A DNA stretch of 64,000 bases from Nitrospirota bacterium. GTDB taxonomy: Bacteria; Nitrospirota; Thermodesulfovibrionia; Thermodesulfovibrionales; Dissulfurispiraceae. This document shows, piece after piece, positions 1 to 8,770 of the stretch. Position 1 is the first letter of the stretch, and the number at the start of each line of letters is the position of its first letter. Below the pieces are notes generated by a model. It made no database searches and was not told the DNA's origin. It saw only the letters and a list, made by a program, of their open reading frames with translations. The position numbers and the translations under genes were made by a program. The DNA is taken from contig CAVPZX010000005.1 of the NCBI GenBank assembly GCA_963710375.1, positions 64,001 to 128,000 of the forward strand. Reading direction: 5' to 3'.

Positions 1-263
1 AGCCGCACAAGTATGAATTCCGGCAGTATGTCGAGCGGCACGAGCGCGGATTCCTTGTACGATGTTACCGACCCATCAGGGTGTTTGCAGGCCCACACGT
101 CTATAATACAGGCCCCGGAGCAACGGCCCCGCCAATTCTCACGCGCACGGAGACGATTGTCAAGGGCGGCGTTGACGATCTGCCGGTGTTCCCGCTGTGA
201 TGTCGTGTCGTGCAAACCGCCTTTAAGTCTGTGGTCCTCGGCGTCCTCTTTCTGTTTGAGCAT
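1..263 (-). CDS. Hypothetical protein (3' end runs off window)
   Basis: GGAGG RBS then ATG at 263 just after the relaxase stop; open frame MLKQKEDAEDHRLKGG... to the window edge. Confidence 0.55.
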   Translation of the reverse strand, partial: MLKQKEDAEDHRLKGGLHDTTSQREHRQIVNAALDNRLRARENWRGRCSGACIIDVWACKHPDGSVTSYKESALVPLDILPEFILVR

Positions 264-281
264 GTCCGTATTCCTCCCTTT

Positions 282-2093
282 TTATCTGTGCAGGTCGGGC
301 CGGATATCCGGGGTCCGGCCCGGCCCCACGACGCTATTTCCTTGCTGTATCTTGGCATCCACGGTTTCCAAAAGGGACATAAGTTCGTAGCCGTGAGCAT
401 GCGCCATCTCTTCCCGCATGGCCTCCCCGTTGTCCACCGGGGCGGCGAACAAAGACGCCCCGGACTGCAGGGCGTTCTCGACCGCCGCACGCTTTAACAC
501 TTGGAACAGTCCGCTCGGCCCTACGAACCCGATGACGGACTTGCTGATGTTCATGCGGATGCCGTCTTTCGCGAGTAGTTCTTTGAGTTGTTCGAGGGTC
601 CTCGGCCTCGCCTGTTGCATCACTTCGTCAAGCCTCCCCTGCAACTTCTCGACAGTGTTCGTCAACTGGATGTTTCTATTCTTTAATGCCTCCGCTTTTT
701 CGAGGGCTTCGGCGTTGGCCTTTTTGAGCTTGTCGGTTTCGTCCTGGGCGGCGTTAGGCTTTGGCCGATGCGTCTCCCCCCCGGCGTCGGCAACGACATA
801 TCCGTCGTCACCGCCCGCCTCGACGCCTTCCCGCCGTTCGTGGCCCGCACGTCTATCGTCGCCATGGCGCCTATCGCCGACATTAGCCGCCGTGTCGTCT
901 ATGGTCTCGACATGCTGGCCCGGCTCGGCGACTCCGCCGTGAGCCTGGAGATCCTCGGTGGCCGTCTTGGTCTTCTCGGCCTCGGCGGCCTTGATTATGT
1001 CCTCCTCGGTGATGCTCCCTTTCTCCCTCGCGAGCTTGAGCAATAGCGGCAACGCCACTGTCATCCCGATGTTTAAAGCGGTGCCTGCGACCACACCGGC
1101 CACGGCGACCACGTCCCTTTCCCCGGCCTGTACTATCGACGCCGCGCCCCTGACGGCGTGACCTCCGGCTTGCATCGCTGTGTTGCTGATCGCGTCAGTT
1201 TTCCTCTTCTGCTCTTTTTCTGCTTTCTCCATCTGTCTCACCCTCCGTTTTTGTAGATAGGTTATTACATCGTCCTTGCTTTTCAACCTCGGACGCCTAA
1301 TCAAGCCCTTCGGCCCCCCGATCCTGCATCGTCTCCCCTTCTCGTTCTGTATCGACAGATATTCCTTTGTTTCCGTGTCCTCAGCTACAGAATAGCCCCG
1401 CCCTTCCAAGTGCCTTTTGAAGTCCTCATAGTCCGTAGCGTTTGCCAATGCGAAATTTACCGCCTGCCTGTACGGTTCCCGATAGCTCGGCCTCGCCGGT
1501 TTCCCATTCTTCGGGAAAAGCATGTTCTGCTCGGCCTGCGAGCGGTTCGGCACGATCTCAAGCTCGTCATACTCCTTCGGCGCGAACTTGATGCCGGCCG
1601 CCTGAAACCGCTCCGACAAAGCCTGCTTGAGTTCCTCCGTCTCCGCAATCGCATTTCGCATCGGATGGTTTTTGATGTCCCGAAATATCAAGGCATGGGC
1701 GTGGTCATGATCATGGTTCCTGTCCGGCCCATGCCGGACAAGCAAAAAGGCCCCGTACCTCCTTGCGCACTCCTGTTGCACCTCAACAAACACCGCATCC
1801 CTGTCCTCCTCCGTCTCTGCCATGAGGCTGAACACCCTGCGACACGAGCTATGCGTCGGATCGGAACACAGAGCGAAGCGTCGCCGTATCTCGTCGGCCA
1901 TGTCCTCCCTGTCGATCTCCTCGCCCTGCTCGTTGTAGAGCTCCGCCGTCGGAGGCCTGCCGAGATAGGCACCGTGATCGAGGTCCTCTATAAGTCCCGT
2001 CCCCCACGACGTCACCTTTATGAACGGCCTGTAAGGTTCGGGCGCCTTGGCCTCGTCCACGTCTGTCGCCGTCACTGTCTCCGTTTCCATCAA
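282..2093 (-). CDS. Relaxase/mobilization nuclease (HUH, MOBP/VirD2-like)
   Basis: HGPDRNHDHDHAHALI three-His motif; ATDYEDFKRHLEGRGY segment typical of relaxases; overlaps mobC stop. Confidence 0.8.
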   Translation of the reverse strand: MMETETVTATDVDEAKAPEPYRPFIKVTSWGTGLIEDLDHGAYLGRPPTAELYNEQGEEIDREDMADEIRRRFALCSDPTHSSCRRVFSLMAETEEDRDAVFVEVQQECARRYGAFLLVRHGPDRNHDHDHAHALIFRDIKNHPMRNAIAETEELKQALSERFQAAGIKFAPKEYDELEIVPNRSQAEQNMLFPKNGKPARPSYREPYRQAVNFALANATDYEDFKRHLEGRGYSVAEDTETKEYLSIQNEKGRRCRIGGPKGLIRRPRLKSKDDVITYLQKRRVRQMEKAEKEQKRKTDAISNTAMQAGGHAVRGAASIVQAGERDVVAVAGVVAGTALNIGMTVALPLLLKLAREKGSITEEDIIKAAEAEKTKTATEDLQAHGGVAEPGQHVETIDDTAANVGDRRHGDDRRAGHERREGVEAGGDDGYVVADAGGETHRPKPNAAQDETDKLKKANAEALEKAEALKNRNIQLTNTVEKLQGRLDEVMQQARPRTLEQLKELLAKDGIRMNISKSVIGFVGPSGLFQVLKRAAVENALQSGASLFAAPVDNGEAMREEMAHAHGYELMSLLETVDAKIQQGNSVVGPGRTPDIRPDLHR

Positions 2094-2434
2094 AACGCCG
2101 CCCCAACGGTGGCCTGCAATATTTTTCTGATCTGTTCGAGGTACGCCTTCGCCTCGTCAGTGATAATCTGGATGTCCGGCCCCGCCCCGGACTTGTTGCC
2201 GATCCAAACCGCCTTGCACAATTGATTGAGCAACACGGCGTTGCTTTGAAGTTCCATTTTCAACAAGTGCAAAGCCTCCGTGTCCACCGGTCTGCCGAAT
2301 ACACTTTGCCTGAGCCATTCAGACGCGGACAACCCCGTTTGCTCCGCCTGCACCAACAACTGCGTGTGGCCTTCCGGCGTCATCTTGCATGTCACAGTAT
2401 GCGAGTATTTTTTAGGTCTCGGTTTCCGTGGCAT
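2090..2434 (-). CDS. mobC: MobC-like relaxosome accessory protein (RHH)
   Basis: TVTCKMTPEGH...AEQTGLSASEWLRQ RHH plus LLNQLCK motif, directly upstream of the relaxase. Confidence 0.78.
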   Translation of the reverse strand: MPRKPRPKKYSHTVTCKMTPEGHTQLLVQAEQTGLSASEWLRQSVFGRPVDTEALHLLKMELQSNAVLLNQLCKAVWIGNKSGAGPDIQIITDEAKAYLEQIRKILQATVGAAF

Positions 2435-2817
2435 TAGTTAGCCCTCCTCTCCTCGTATGCCGACAACATCTCCGACATGCGATTGATACTGCCGCAAAAC
2501 CCGTCGATTGTTTTGTCCATGGTATCCAACGCTCGATCGAGCGGCGATGTAGCATGCTCGGTGTCAGTCTCCCTCCGTTCAAGCTCGTCAAGGAGTTCCC
2601 CTGTCGACAATGCAGACAAGCATTGTTCGACGCTCTGTTCGACAGCCGCTTTAACACTTCCGTCGTGTTCGACATCTTGTTGAACGGCCTGTTCGACAAG
2701 CACGGACCTGCGGATAAATTCAGAGACCGAAAGGCCCTCGGCTTTTGCTTTGTTCGACAAGCCTTCAAATTCGTCGTCCGAAAAGCGTACTCCACGCGGT
2801 TTCGATGTGTTCGACAT
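2434..2817 (-). CDS. Ribbon-helix-helix DNA-binding protein with coiled-coil tail
   Basis: GGAGG RBS before ATG 2817; PRGVRFSDDEFEGLSNKAKAEGLSVSEFIRRS is CopG/MobC-like; TAATG coupling to mobC. Confidence 0.72.
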   Translation of the reverse strand: MSNTSKPRGVRFSDDEFEGLSNKAKAEGLSVSEFIRRSVLVEQAVQQDVEHDGSVKAAVEQSVEQCLSALSTGELLDELERRETDTEHATSPLDRALDTMDKTIDGFCGSINRMSEMLSAYEERRAN

Positions 2818-2849
2818 GTTCGACACCTCCATTTTTTGCGTGTTCGACA
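2624..2849. repeat. Array of eight TGTTCGAC(A) direct repeats over the RHH gene 5' half and its leader
   Basis: Copies start at 2624, 2636, 2666, 2690, 2751, 2808, 2817 and 2841. Confidence 0.9.
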
Positions 2850-2934
2850 CACTGTTTAACAGTTCCGCACGGTACTGCGGCTGCCTTTTTTGCCCCACTT
2901 GTGGGGAAGAGACCCAACGGGTCGAAGGGGAGTC

Positions 2935-2984
2935 AGGGAGGGTTACTTCGATAGAAGTAACTCCTCCCTTTATCTCCGCCTTGC
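2935..2984. other. Candidate oriT (inverted repeat plus adjacent nic-like sequence)
   Basis: AGGGAGGGTTACTTC-gata-GAAGTAACTCCTCCCT hairpin followed by TATCTCCGCCTTGC, in the gap upstream of the mob genes. Confidence 0.5.
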
Positions 2985-3005
2985 TTTTGAAGACGGCCCT
3001 CCCTA

Positions 3006-4238
3006 TCAAAGATAGCGGGGCTCCGTGACGCCGACGCCCTGGACATTGCTGGTCTCCTGTTTCCATCCGGAAACCAATCTATCAACATTTGCAGTAAGAG
3101 CCGTTTTGTCTACCGCGACCCTGTTCCTGCCTTCTGCTTTCGCGCGATAGAGCATTTTGTCTGCGTCGCCCAACATTTCAAGTCCTCGGCGTCCCGACTC
3201 CGACAAAGGCAACTGCAACAGCGAACTGCTGACGCCGATAGACGCCGTGAGTGAAAAGGGTTTACCGTCAGCTTCGAACCACATATTTTGTATGTCAGTC
3301 CGTATTTTATTTGCACCACTGATAAACACATCCGGCGTTTCGCGGGAGGTATTTTTTACCTCTACTAAGATCGCCACCTCCTCCCCGCCTACCCTAGCTG
3401 TGATCGTCTGAAGCCCCGGAAATGCTTCCCCTGTAGTGGTCTGGATTTGCTTTGCAACGCCCGCAAGAACGGCGTCACCCGTATTGTGTCCATATCTGTC
3501 GTTGACATGCTTGAAGTAATCGAGGTCCAGAATGGCGGTATAAAAACAGAAATCGTGAGCCTCATTGACCAGCTTTTGAAGCCCGGCACGATTGGCCAAG
3601 CCCGTCAATGCGTCGGTGAAAGCAATGTCCTCCAAGCCCTTAATTTTTGAATCTATCTCCGAGACAAACCTGGCAACCTCCGGGGCCTGCCGGAGATAGA
3701 TCGGCAGTTCCAAGGTCGCCTTTTGATAAGACGCTTGCAACTGCTCCACCTGCGTTGTTAGCCTGCGAACCATGTCATCCCTTATCCGCAACTCACGCAA
3801 CACCTCGGTCACGGAGTCGCTGACTGTCGTGATTGCGTTGGTCTGCGTGTCCAAGATCGGCTTGACCGCCTGCATAACCGCTGATGTCATCTTTTCTTTC
3901 AAGTCCACCTGCGCCATGGCCTTGGCCCATTCCTCGGACCGTGCGTTAGCGAGGTCCTGCCAAGCGTCCGCCTCGTTTGCTAACAAGTTCTCGAATTCGG
4001 CAGTGAGCCAGTCCCGCCACGCCGACAATGCCCTTACCGACTTCGGTTCGCGGCGCGCATAATTTGCGACATCTCGGTCGAACCACTCAATGACCTCGCC
4101 CGCTGACAGCCGACCTTCTTGGTCCGCGCCGAAATGCATGTTTTCTGCCTCAGAGTCGGCAAACCAATCAATAAGCCCCTCGGGGGCGCCGTGTTCCCGT
4201 AGCCAGTCCAGCGTGATCATCGTTTCGTTTTTTTCCAT
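3006..4238 (-). CDS. GGDEF-domain diguanylate cyclase with N-terminal helical/coiled-coil region
   Basis: DALTGLANR, DLDYFKHVND, GHNTGDAVL, ARVGGEEV, TASIGVS, ADKMLYRAKAEGRNR; GGAGG RBS before ATG 4238. Confidence 0.9.
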   Translation of the reverse strand: MEKNETMITLDWLREHGAPEGLIDWFADSEAENMHFGADQEGRLSAGEVIEWFDRDVANYARREPKSVRALSAWRDWLTAEFENLLANEADAWQDLANARSEEWAKAMAQVDLKEKMTSAVMQAVKPILDTQTNAITTVSDSVTEVLRELRIRDDMVRRLTTQVEQLQASYQKATLELPIYLRQAPEVARFVSEIDSKIKGLEDIAFTDALTGLANRAGLQKLVNEAHDFCFYTAILDLDYFKHVNDRYGHNTGDAVLAGVAKQIQTTTGEAFPGLQTITARVGGEEVAILVEVKNTSRETPDVFISGANKIRTDIQNMWFEADGKPFSLTASIGVSSSLLQLPLSESGRRGLEMLGDADKMLYRAKAEGRNRVAVDKTALTANVDRLVSGWKQETSNVQGVGVTEPRYL

Positions 4239-4272
4239 CCGTTTTTCCTCCGTGTTTTTATTTTTTACGACT

Positions 4273-4470
4273 TTAAAAGAACAGTTCCGCCCCGGCCTCA
4301 ACCTCGACAGGTTCCGGGGCCTCCGGTTTTTTTGTTTGCATTTCCACCGGCATCTGCACGGGGAAAATCCACCGCTTGCACCCCCGGCACCACTCCACTG
4401 TCTCCTTCACCTTTTTGCCGCACAGCGGGCATAGAAAAAGGATCGGCTTCCCCTGTTTCATTTCCGACAT
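4273..4470 (-). CDS. Small zinc-ribbon protein
   Basis: CPLC...CRGC; TGATG-coupled to upstream ORF. Confidence 0.6.
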   Translation of the reverse strand: MSEMKQGKPILFLCPLCGKKVKETVEWCRGCKRWIFPVQMPVEMQTKKPEAPEPVEVEAGAELFF

Positions 4471-4589
4471 CAGTTCCACCGGGCGGCGAGCCACGCCGCG
4501 ACTGCCTCGGCCTCGGCGACGTACCCGGCTTTTATCAAGTGGCTGATGACGGGGTTAAGGGGCTTCTGCTTGGGTTTCTGCTGTTTCAT
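4470..4589 (-). CDS. 39-aa small protein (MKQQKPKQKPLNPVISHLIKAGYVAEAEAVAAWLAARWN)
   Basis: Below the ORF-track cutoff; GGAGG RBS; TGATG overlaps at both ends. Confidence 0.6.
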   Translation of the reverse strand: MKQQKPKQKPLNPVISHLIKAGYVAEAEAVAAWLAARWN

Positions 4590-4795
4590 CAGTTGCCTCC
4601 CTTGTCAGGTTCTTTGTCCGGCATCGCCCTAATCACTGCGGCCCAATTGGTTTTTGTCTTCTTCGGCTTCTCCTGGGCGGGTGCCGGTGGTGCAGGCTGA
4701 TAGAACGGGCACTTGTTGTGCTCGTTTGGTTCCCTCTCGCATGTGCCCCGCTCCTCGCATGTCATGCATATGCTCTCATATCCTTTGGTGTTCAT
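4589..4795 (-). CDS. Small Cys-rich protein
   Basis: MNTKGYESICMTCEERGTC...KCPFY; ATGA overlap with upstream gene. Confidence 0.6.
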   Translation of the reverse strand: MNTKGYESICMTCEERGTCEREPNEHNKCPFYQPAPPAPAQEKPKKTKTNWAAVIRAMPDKEPDKGGN

Positions 4796-5211
4796 CGGCC
4801 CGCCTCCTGTGAGACCGGTGCGGAGTCCTCGGCGTCCTTTACCCATGGCTCGCACGTCTGCCACTTGTGCATCGCCTCGTACTGCATCCCGAAATTGCCC
4901 TGCCATGCGAGCCACGGGCTCACACGATACCAGCAATCATTGCCGTCCCTGCGTTGCTTCACTAAGCCCTTGGACGCCAAGGTCTTGGCGGCGTTTATGA
5001 CGGACTTCCTGCTGACGTGGAGTTGCTTGGCGACCTTACTGTGCGATATGCAGACCTCGGCTCCCTGGTAGCCGACCGTCAGGACCAGGGCCATGAGCAC
5101 CTTGAAGTTGACGTGGGACAGTTCCGCCATTGCGGCGTGCAGTCCGTTCCTGGCGACCATCACGTTGCCACCCGTCGCCTTGTTGTAGTCAGACATAAAC
5201 TTCTCGCTCAT
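4792..5211 (-). CDS. RepL-like winged-helix protein (paralog 2)
   Basis: KVLMAL...ISHSKVAKQLHVSRKSVINAAKTL...YRVSPWLAWQG; ATGA coupling. Confidence 0.65.
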   Translation of the reverse strand: MSEKFMSDYNKATGGNVMVARNGLHAAMAELSHVNFKVLMALVLTVGYQGAEVCISHSKVAKQLHVSRKSVINAAKTLASKGLVKQRRDGNDCWYRVSPWLAWQGNFGMQYEAMHKWQTCEPWVKDAEDSAPVSQEAGR

Positions 5212-5756
5212 GACTGCACCTCCTGTGCCTGCCAATTGCGGCCCCTGAGCACCTTTAACAAAGGTTTTAGCTTTCCCTTCCACGCGCATTGCGGATTCAG
5301 CCGGATATACATGGTGCCGCCCTTCTCGACCTTGCACAGATAGCCGCCGCCAACCATCTCGCCATCTACCTCTATACCGTCTATCAAGGTGTGGATATGA
5401 GTGTAGATGGTCTGCTGCGAACTGATGTTAAGTGCGGCAGCTATCTCGGTATTGCTTATGTGGATGTAGTTTTCAAAATCGAGGCGGGCCATGAGGTAGC
5501 AGAGAACCCGGCATGCGCCGGAAGGCAACTCCGTGGCTGCCTTAAGAAGCGTCGATTGAAATGCTATGATGTGGTCGCCGACAAATCCGTTAAGCTCCTT
5601 CTGCTCCTTACGGATGGCTGCGAAACGGGACTTAGATACAAGCAGCTGCACCGATTGCTCTGCGAGTATCTCGCCGGTTTCATCGTTGGTGATCGAAACG
5701 GTGTGATTTCTGGAGGGTTGCCTTGTTGCTGTTACTGTATTGGCCTTTGTGTTCAC
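5208..5756 (-). CDS. RepL-like winged-helix replication/maintenance protein (paralog 1)
   Basis: RVLCYLMARLDFENYIHISNTEIAAALN...IRLNPQCAWKG; GTG start after GGAG. Confidence 0.7.
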   Translation of the reverse strand: MNTKANTVTATRQPSRNHTVSITNDETGEILAEQSVQLLVSKSRFAAIRKEQKELNGFVGDHIIAFQSTLLKAATELPSGACRVLCYLMARLDFENYIHISNTEIAAALNISSQQTIYTHIHTLIDGIEVDGEMVGGGYLCKVEKGGTMYIRLNPQCAWKGKLKPLLKVLRGRNWQAQEVQS

Positions 5757-5973
5757 CTGTGCACTCCTATCCGTCTGGATTTTCGTGCACGGTGACTTGC
5801 TTGGTCGGCCACGACCATGGCGTCGGTGGGGCGGGATAGAGCCTTGCACTGCCCAGTTCCCGAAACTCTCCACGCTCAGTCTGGTGGAGATGCTCCCCGT
5901 TGCCGCTACTGCTTTTTGATCTGTTTAGTGTATCACAAAACTTCCTCGAACCCCTGAAAACCGCCCTTGTGAG

Positions 5974-6339
5974 CTAAACGATGCTGTTAAATGTTTGTTT
6001 TTTCGGCTTTCTATTCGGCCTCGGCTGTGATGCATTTTCACGGCAAGCCTTCGTCTTCCTTTCCGACTTCGCTTTGCCGCCGATCTTTCCGCCCTTGCTT
6101 GCCCAGCCGCGAACGAACACTGATGCCTCGGCGTCGCTGAACATGCCGTGATATTGCATAATGAGCACGGTGGCTTCGGGATCGTCGTCGTGGTCGTCGA
6201 ATACGAAAGCCGCAGGCGGCTCCGGCAGGCCCAAGTATTTTGCCCGAGAAAAATAGAAGCCGCCGACTTCAAGAGCGACAACCCATGGCACCGGCTCGTC
6301 TGCTCTGTACGATTTTCCTCTGTGCTTGTATGTTTTCAT
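5974..6339 (-). CDS. Hypothetical protein with basic KGGKIGGKAKSERK...REN tail (likely nucleic-acid binding)
   Basis: GGAGG RBS; C-terminal motif of a kind seen in small phage/plasmid proteins. Confidence 0.6.
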   Translation of the reverse strand: MKTYKHRGKSYRADEPVPWVVALEVGGFYFSRAKYLGLPEPPAAFVFDDHDDDPEATVLIMQYHGMFSDAEASVFVRGWASKGGKIGGKAKSERKTKACRENASQPRPNRKPKKQTFNSIV

Positions 6340-6450
6340 CTGTCAAAGCTCCTCCGGTTCCTGTTCTATTTTAATTATAGCAGAACACGCTTCGATAATT
6401 CAAGTCCTTTCCCAAACTTTTTTCGCGGGTATTTGCCCTACATTTTCGTT

Positions 6451-6487
6451 TTCCAAAATATTGGAAGATTTTTCCAAAAATTTGGAA
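6451..6487. repeat. Two tandem palindromes TTCCAA-N4-TTGGAA at 21-bp period
   Basis: TTCCAAAATATTGGAA at 6451-6466 and TTCCAAAAATTTGGAA at 6472-6487. Confidence 0.8.
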
Positions 6488-7147
6488 AGTCCTTGTTGAT
6501 GCTGTAGGCTTCCGGGGTCATCTCTTAATGTATAATGTTTCAGTGCTGATTAAGGAGCCTTTTACAGCACTGGCCGACCATCGCCTTTGTCTTTATTACG
6601 CCGTCCCCGACTTCGCCGTGAGCGAATAGTTCGCGCCGAGTTCCGAAAACTCCCTGCGATGCTCGGCGACGATAAAGCCGTCGCCTGTGCTTCTCGCTCG
6701 CTTTCGGTCCTCGTCAGGACTTATAAATTTTTAAAAAGACCGCCTTGAACGAAGAGGGCCCCGGTTCCTTCCGGCGATTCTCGCCCGCCGTGCCTTCGCC
6801 TCTCAGAAAATCTTTAATATTCTGTCAGGGCGGTTCGGGACCCGACGACGAGGAGCGAGGCTCGGGAGCGATGAGGAGGAGCGGCCCGAATCCCCTGACG
6901 CGGGTCGCTCGTTCGGAGAACGAGTGACCTTCTTTCAGATAGCATCACTCCGTCCCTCTGCTATCTGGAGATCTTCCAGATACATTTACGGCGGCCTCTC
7001 CTGCGGGATCCCACCGATCCCGTGCCGGCCGTTGTCCAATGTCTTCACCTTTCCTTCCAAAGCCGGTCTTCAATCATTTTACTGTTTGACTATGTTGCGG
7101 CGGCTGCGGTGTGGGCCTGGGCCGCCGCCATCTCATAGCTCGCCTCA

Positions 7148-8134
7148 CTAAGTTCCTTTGTACTGAGACAGCAGGCCGTGTATGTAGAGGTTCAAACTCA
7201 TGCCGATTTTCCTGGCACGTCGTTCGAGGTCGGCCTTTTCTGTTTTAGTCACGGTCATCGTGTACGGGTGCATCACCATGCCCTCCGGTTCTTCTTCGGG
7301 GGATAGCAGCTTGCGCACATACGCCTCTTTCTCTACTCCCGCGGCCTGTGCGGCGTCGACGATGGCCCGGTCCTCGTCGGCGTCATGGCCGTGCAGCCAG
7401 AATGTGAGTTTGACCTGCTCAGCGGACTCCCCGACTGTCCTCTTCTGCTCGATGACCGCCTTCGCTGCCTCTCGGACTTCGGTCTTGTTTACGCCACTGG
7501 CTATCTCGTCCTGTTGGGCGGGAGGCAGTTCTGCGACCTTGGCCGCCGTGTTAGCAGACAACGTCTTTTCTTTGACCGCTTTCTGTAACGCCGGCGTGCC
7601 CTTGGCGATGACCGTCTTTAGTTGTCTGTATTTGTCCTCTCCGACTCCGGCTGTGGCGGCCAGTGACTTTGTGGTATCAACCGGCCTGATGTTTGAAACC
7701 TTGCCGGATTTCCGGGAAGGCTTCGACGTCTTCCCCGCCGCCGCTAGGTTCGCCTTGGCCTGTTGTTCAAGCATGGGCCGTAGCTTTTCGGCAAGCGCGA
7801 TTTTGTCCAAGTCGGACAGGTTGCGCCGGCCGAACTGGTTCTTGATGATCCAGATTTTGACCTCGGTGTCGCTGGCGAACTGAATCTCATGCGTGCGGAA
7901 CTGTATGCCGTGTTTGTGACATATCTCGTACCGGTTGTGTCCGTCCAAGATGACTCCGGTCCCCCCCCACTCGACGAGGGCGTCCCGGCATCCCTCAGCT
8001 ACGATGCTCTGTTCGAGCCGTTCATACTCGTCGGCGGTCAGCTTGGGGATCAATGTCCTGAAGTCATCCCTGATCGTCATTTCCCTGAGTTCCCTGTGTC
8101 CTGCGTCCTGTGTTTTCTCCACTGCCGTTGCCAT
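7148..8134 (-). CDS. ParB/Srx-like N-domain protein with HTH and RHH-like C-terminus
   Basis: LEQSIVAEGCRDAL...ILDGHNRYEIC...NQFGRRNL signature. Confidence 0.8.
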   Translation of the reverse strand: MATAVEKTQDAGHRELREMTIRDDFRTLIPKLTADEYERLEQSIVAEGCRDALVEWGGTGVILDGHNRYEICHKHGIQFRTHEIQFASDTEVKIWIIKNQFGRRNLSDLDKIALAEKLRPMLEQQAKANLAAAGKTSKPSRKSGKVSNIRPVDTTKSLAATAGVGEDKYRQLKTVIAKGTPALQKAVKEKTLSANTAAKVAELPPAQQDEIASGVNKTEVREAAKAVIEQKRTVGESAEQVKLTFWLHGHDADEDRAIVDAAQAAGVEKEAYVRKLLSPEEEPEGMVMHPYTMTVTKTEKADLERRARKIGMSLNLYIHGLLSQYKGT

Positions 8135-8135
8135 G

Positions 8136-8438
8136 TCAGTTCCCCCCTTTTGGCTTTAGCTTGACGAGACAAATGTCCGCCGGAAACATATCTGTGCTTG
8201 CAACAAAGTCGGCAAGGCACTCCGCACAAACCACATAGACAGCTTCGCCAGCCAATTCTCCGTTGATGTACATTGTAGCGACTTCTCCCAGTCCGCCGTC
8301 GCAACGCTGACAAACGCCCCTGTAAGTCGGGGCACCCTCAGGAAACCTTGCACCACTGTCAATGGCAGGCAACCTGCCTTGCTTATCCTCGCACAAATCC
8401 ATTATGCCGAGACCGTACTTTCTTGTGTTCTTCCTCAT
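8136..8438 (-). CDS. Hypothetical zinc-binding protein
   Basis: CQRC and CAEC pairs; tight operon packing; RBS. Confidence 0.55.
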   Translation of the reverse strand: MRKNTRKYGLGIMDLCEDKQGRLPAIDSGARFPEGAPTYRGVCQRCDGGLGEVATMYINGELAGEAVYVVCAECLADFVASTDMFPADICLVKLKPKGGN

Positions 8439-8440
8439 AT

Positions 8441-8770
8441 CTATTTCCCCCCCTTATTGTTTTTTTTACTCGTCCTGCTTGCTGTGATCGTGCCGTTGAA
8501 TCCATTGCAGTACGCTCGCAGCATCTCGTCAGTGACTCCCCCGACGAACTTGAAATGCCAGTCGAGGTCTTTACGACTTTGCCGCGCGATGTCCGTGACG
8601 TCCATGTTTTTGGCGATCTTGTGAGTCGCCAACGTTTTTTGTGCGTAACGAACTCCCATGCCGTGCGCGACCTCTGCATAGGACTGTCCCGTGACGGGGT
8701 CGATGGTGGATTTTACTGTTGAAGGGTTTACTGCTGTTTTGTTGCTGCCGGTGTTGTAGTTGGGTTTCAT
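8441..8770 (-). CDS. Hypothetical protein, first gene of the leftward operon
   Basis: GGAG RBS before ATG 8770 (MKPNYNTGSNK...). Confidence 0.6.
   Translation of the reverse strand: MKPNYNTGSNKTAVNPSTVKSTIDPVTGQSYAEVAHGMGVRYAQKTLATHKIAKNMDVTDIARQSRKDLDWHFKFVGGVTDEMLRAYCNGFNGTITASRTSKKNNKGGK

Noticed and set aside
2624..2849. CRISPR-like array
   Set aside because: Repeats are 8-9 bp with irregular spacing and no cas genes are present
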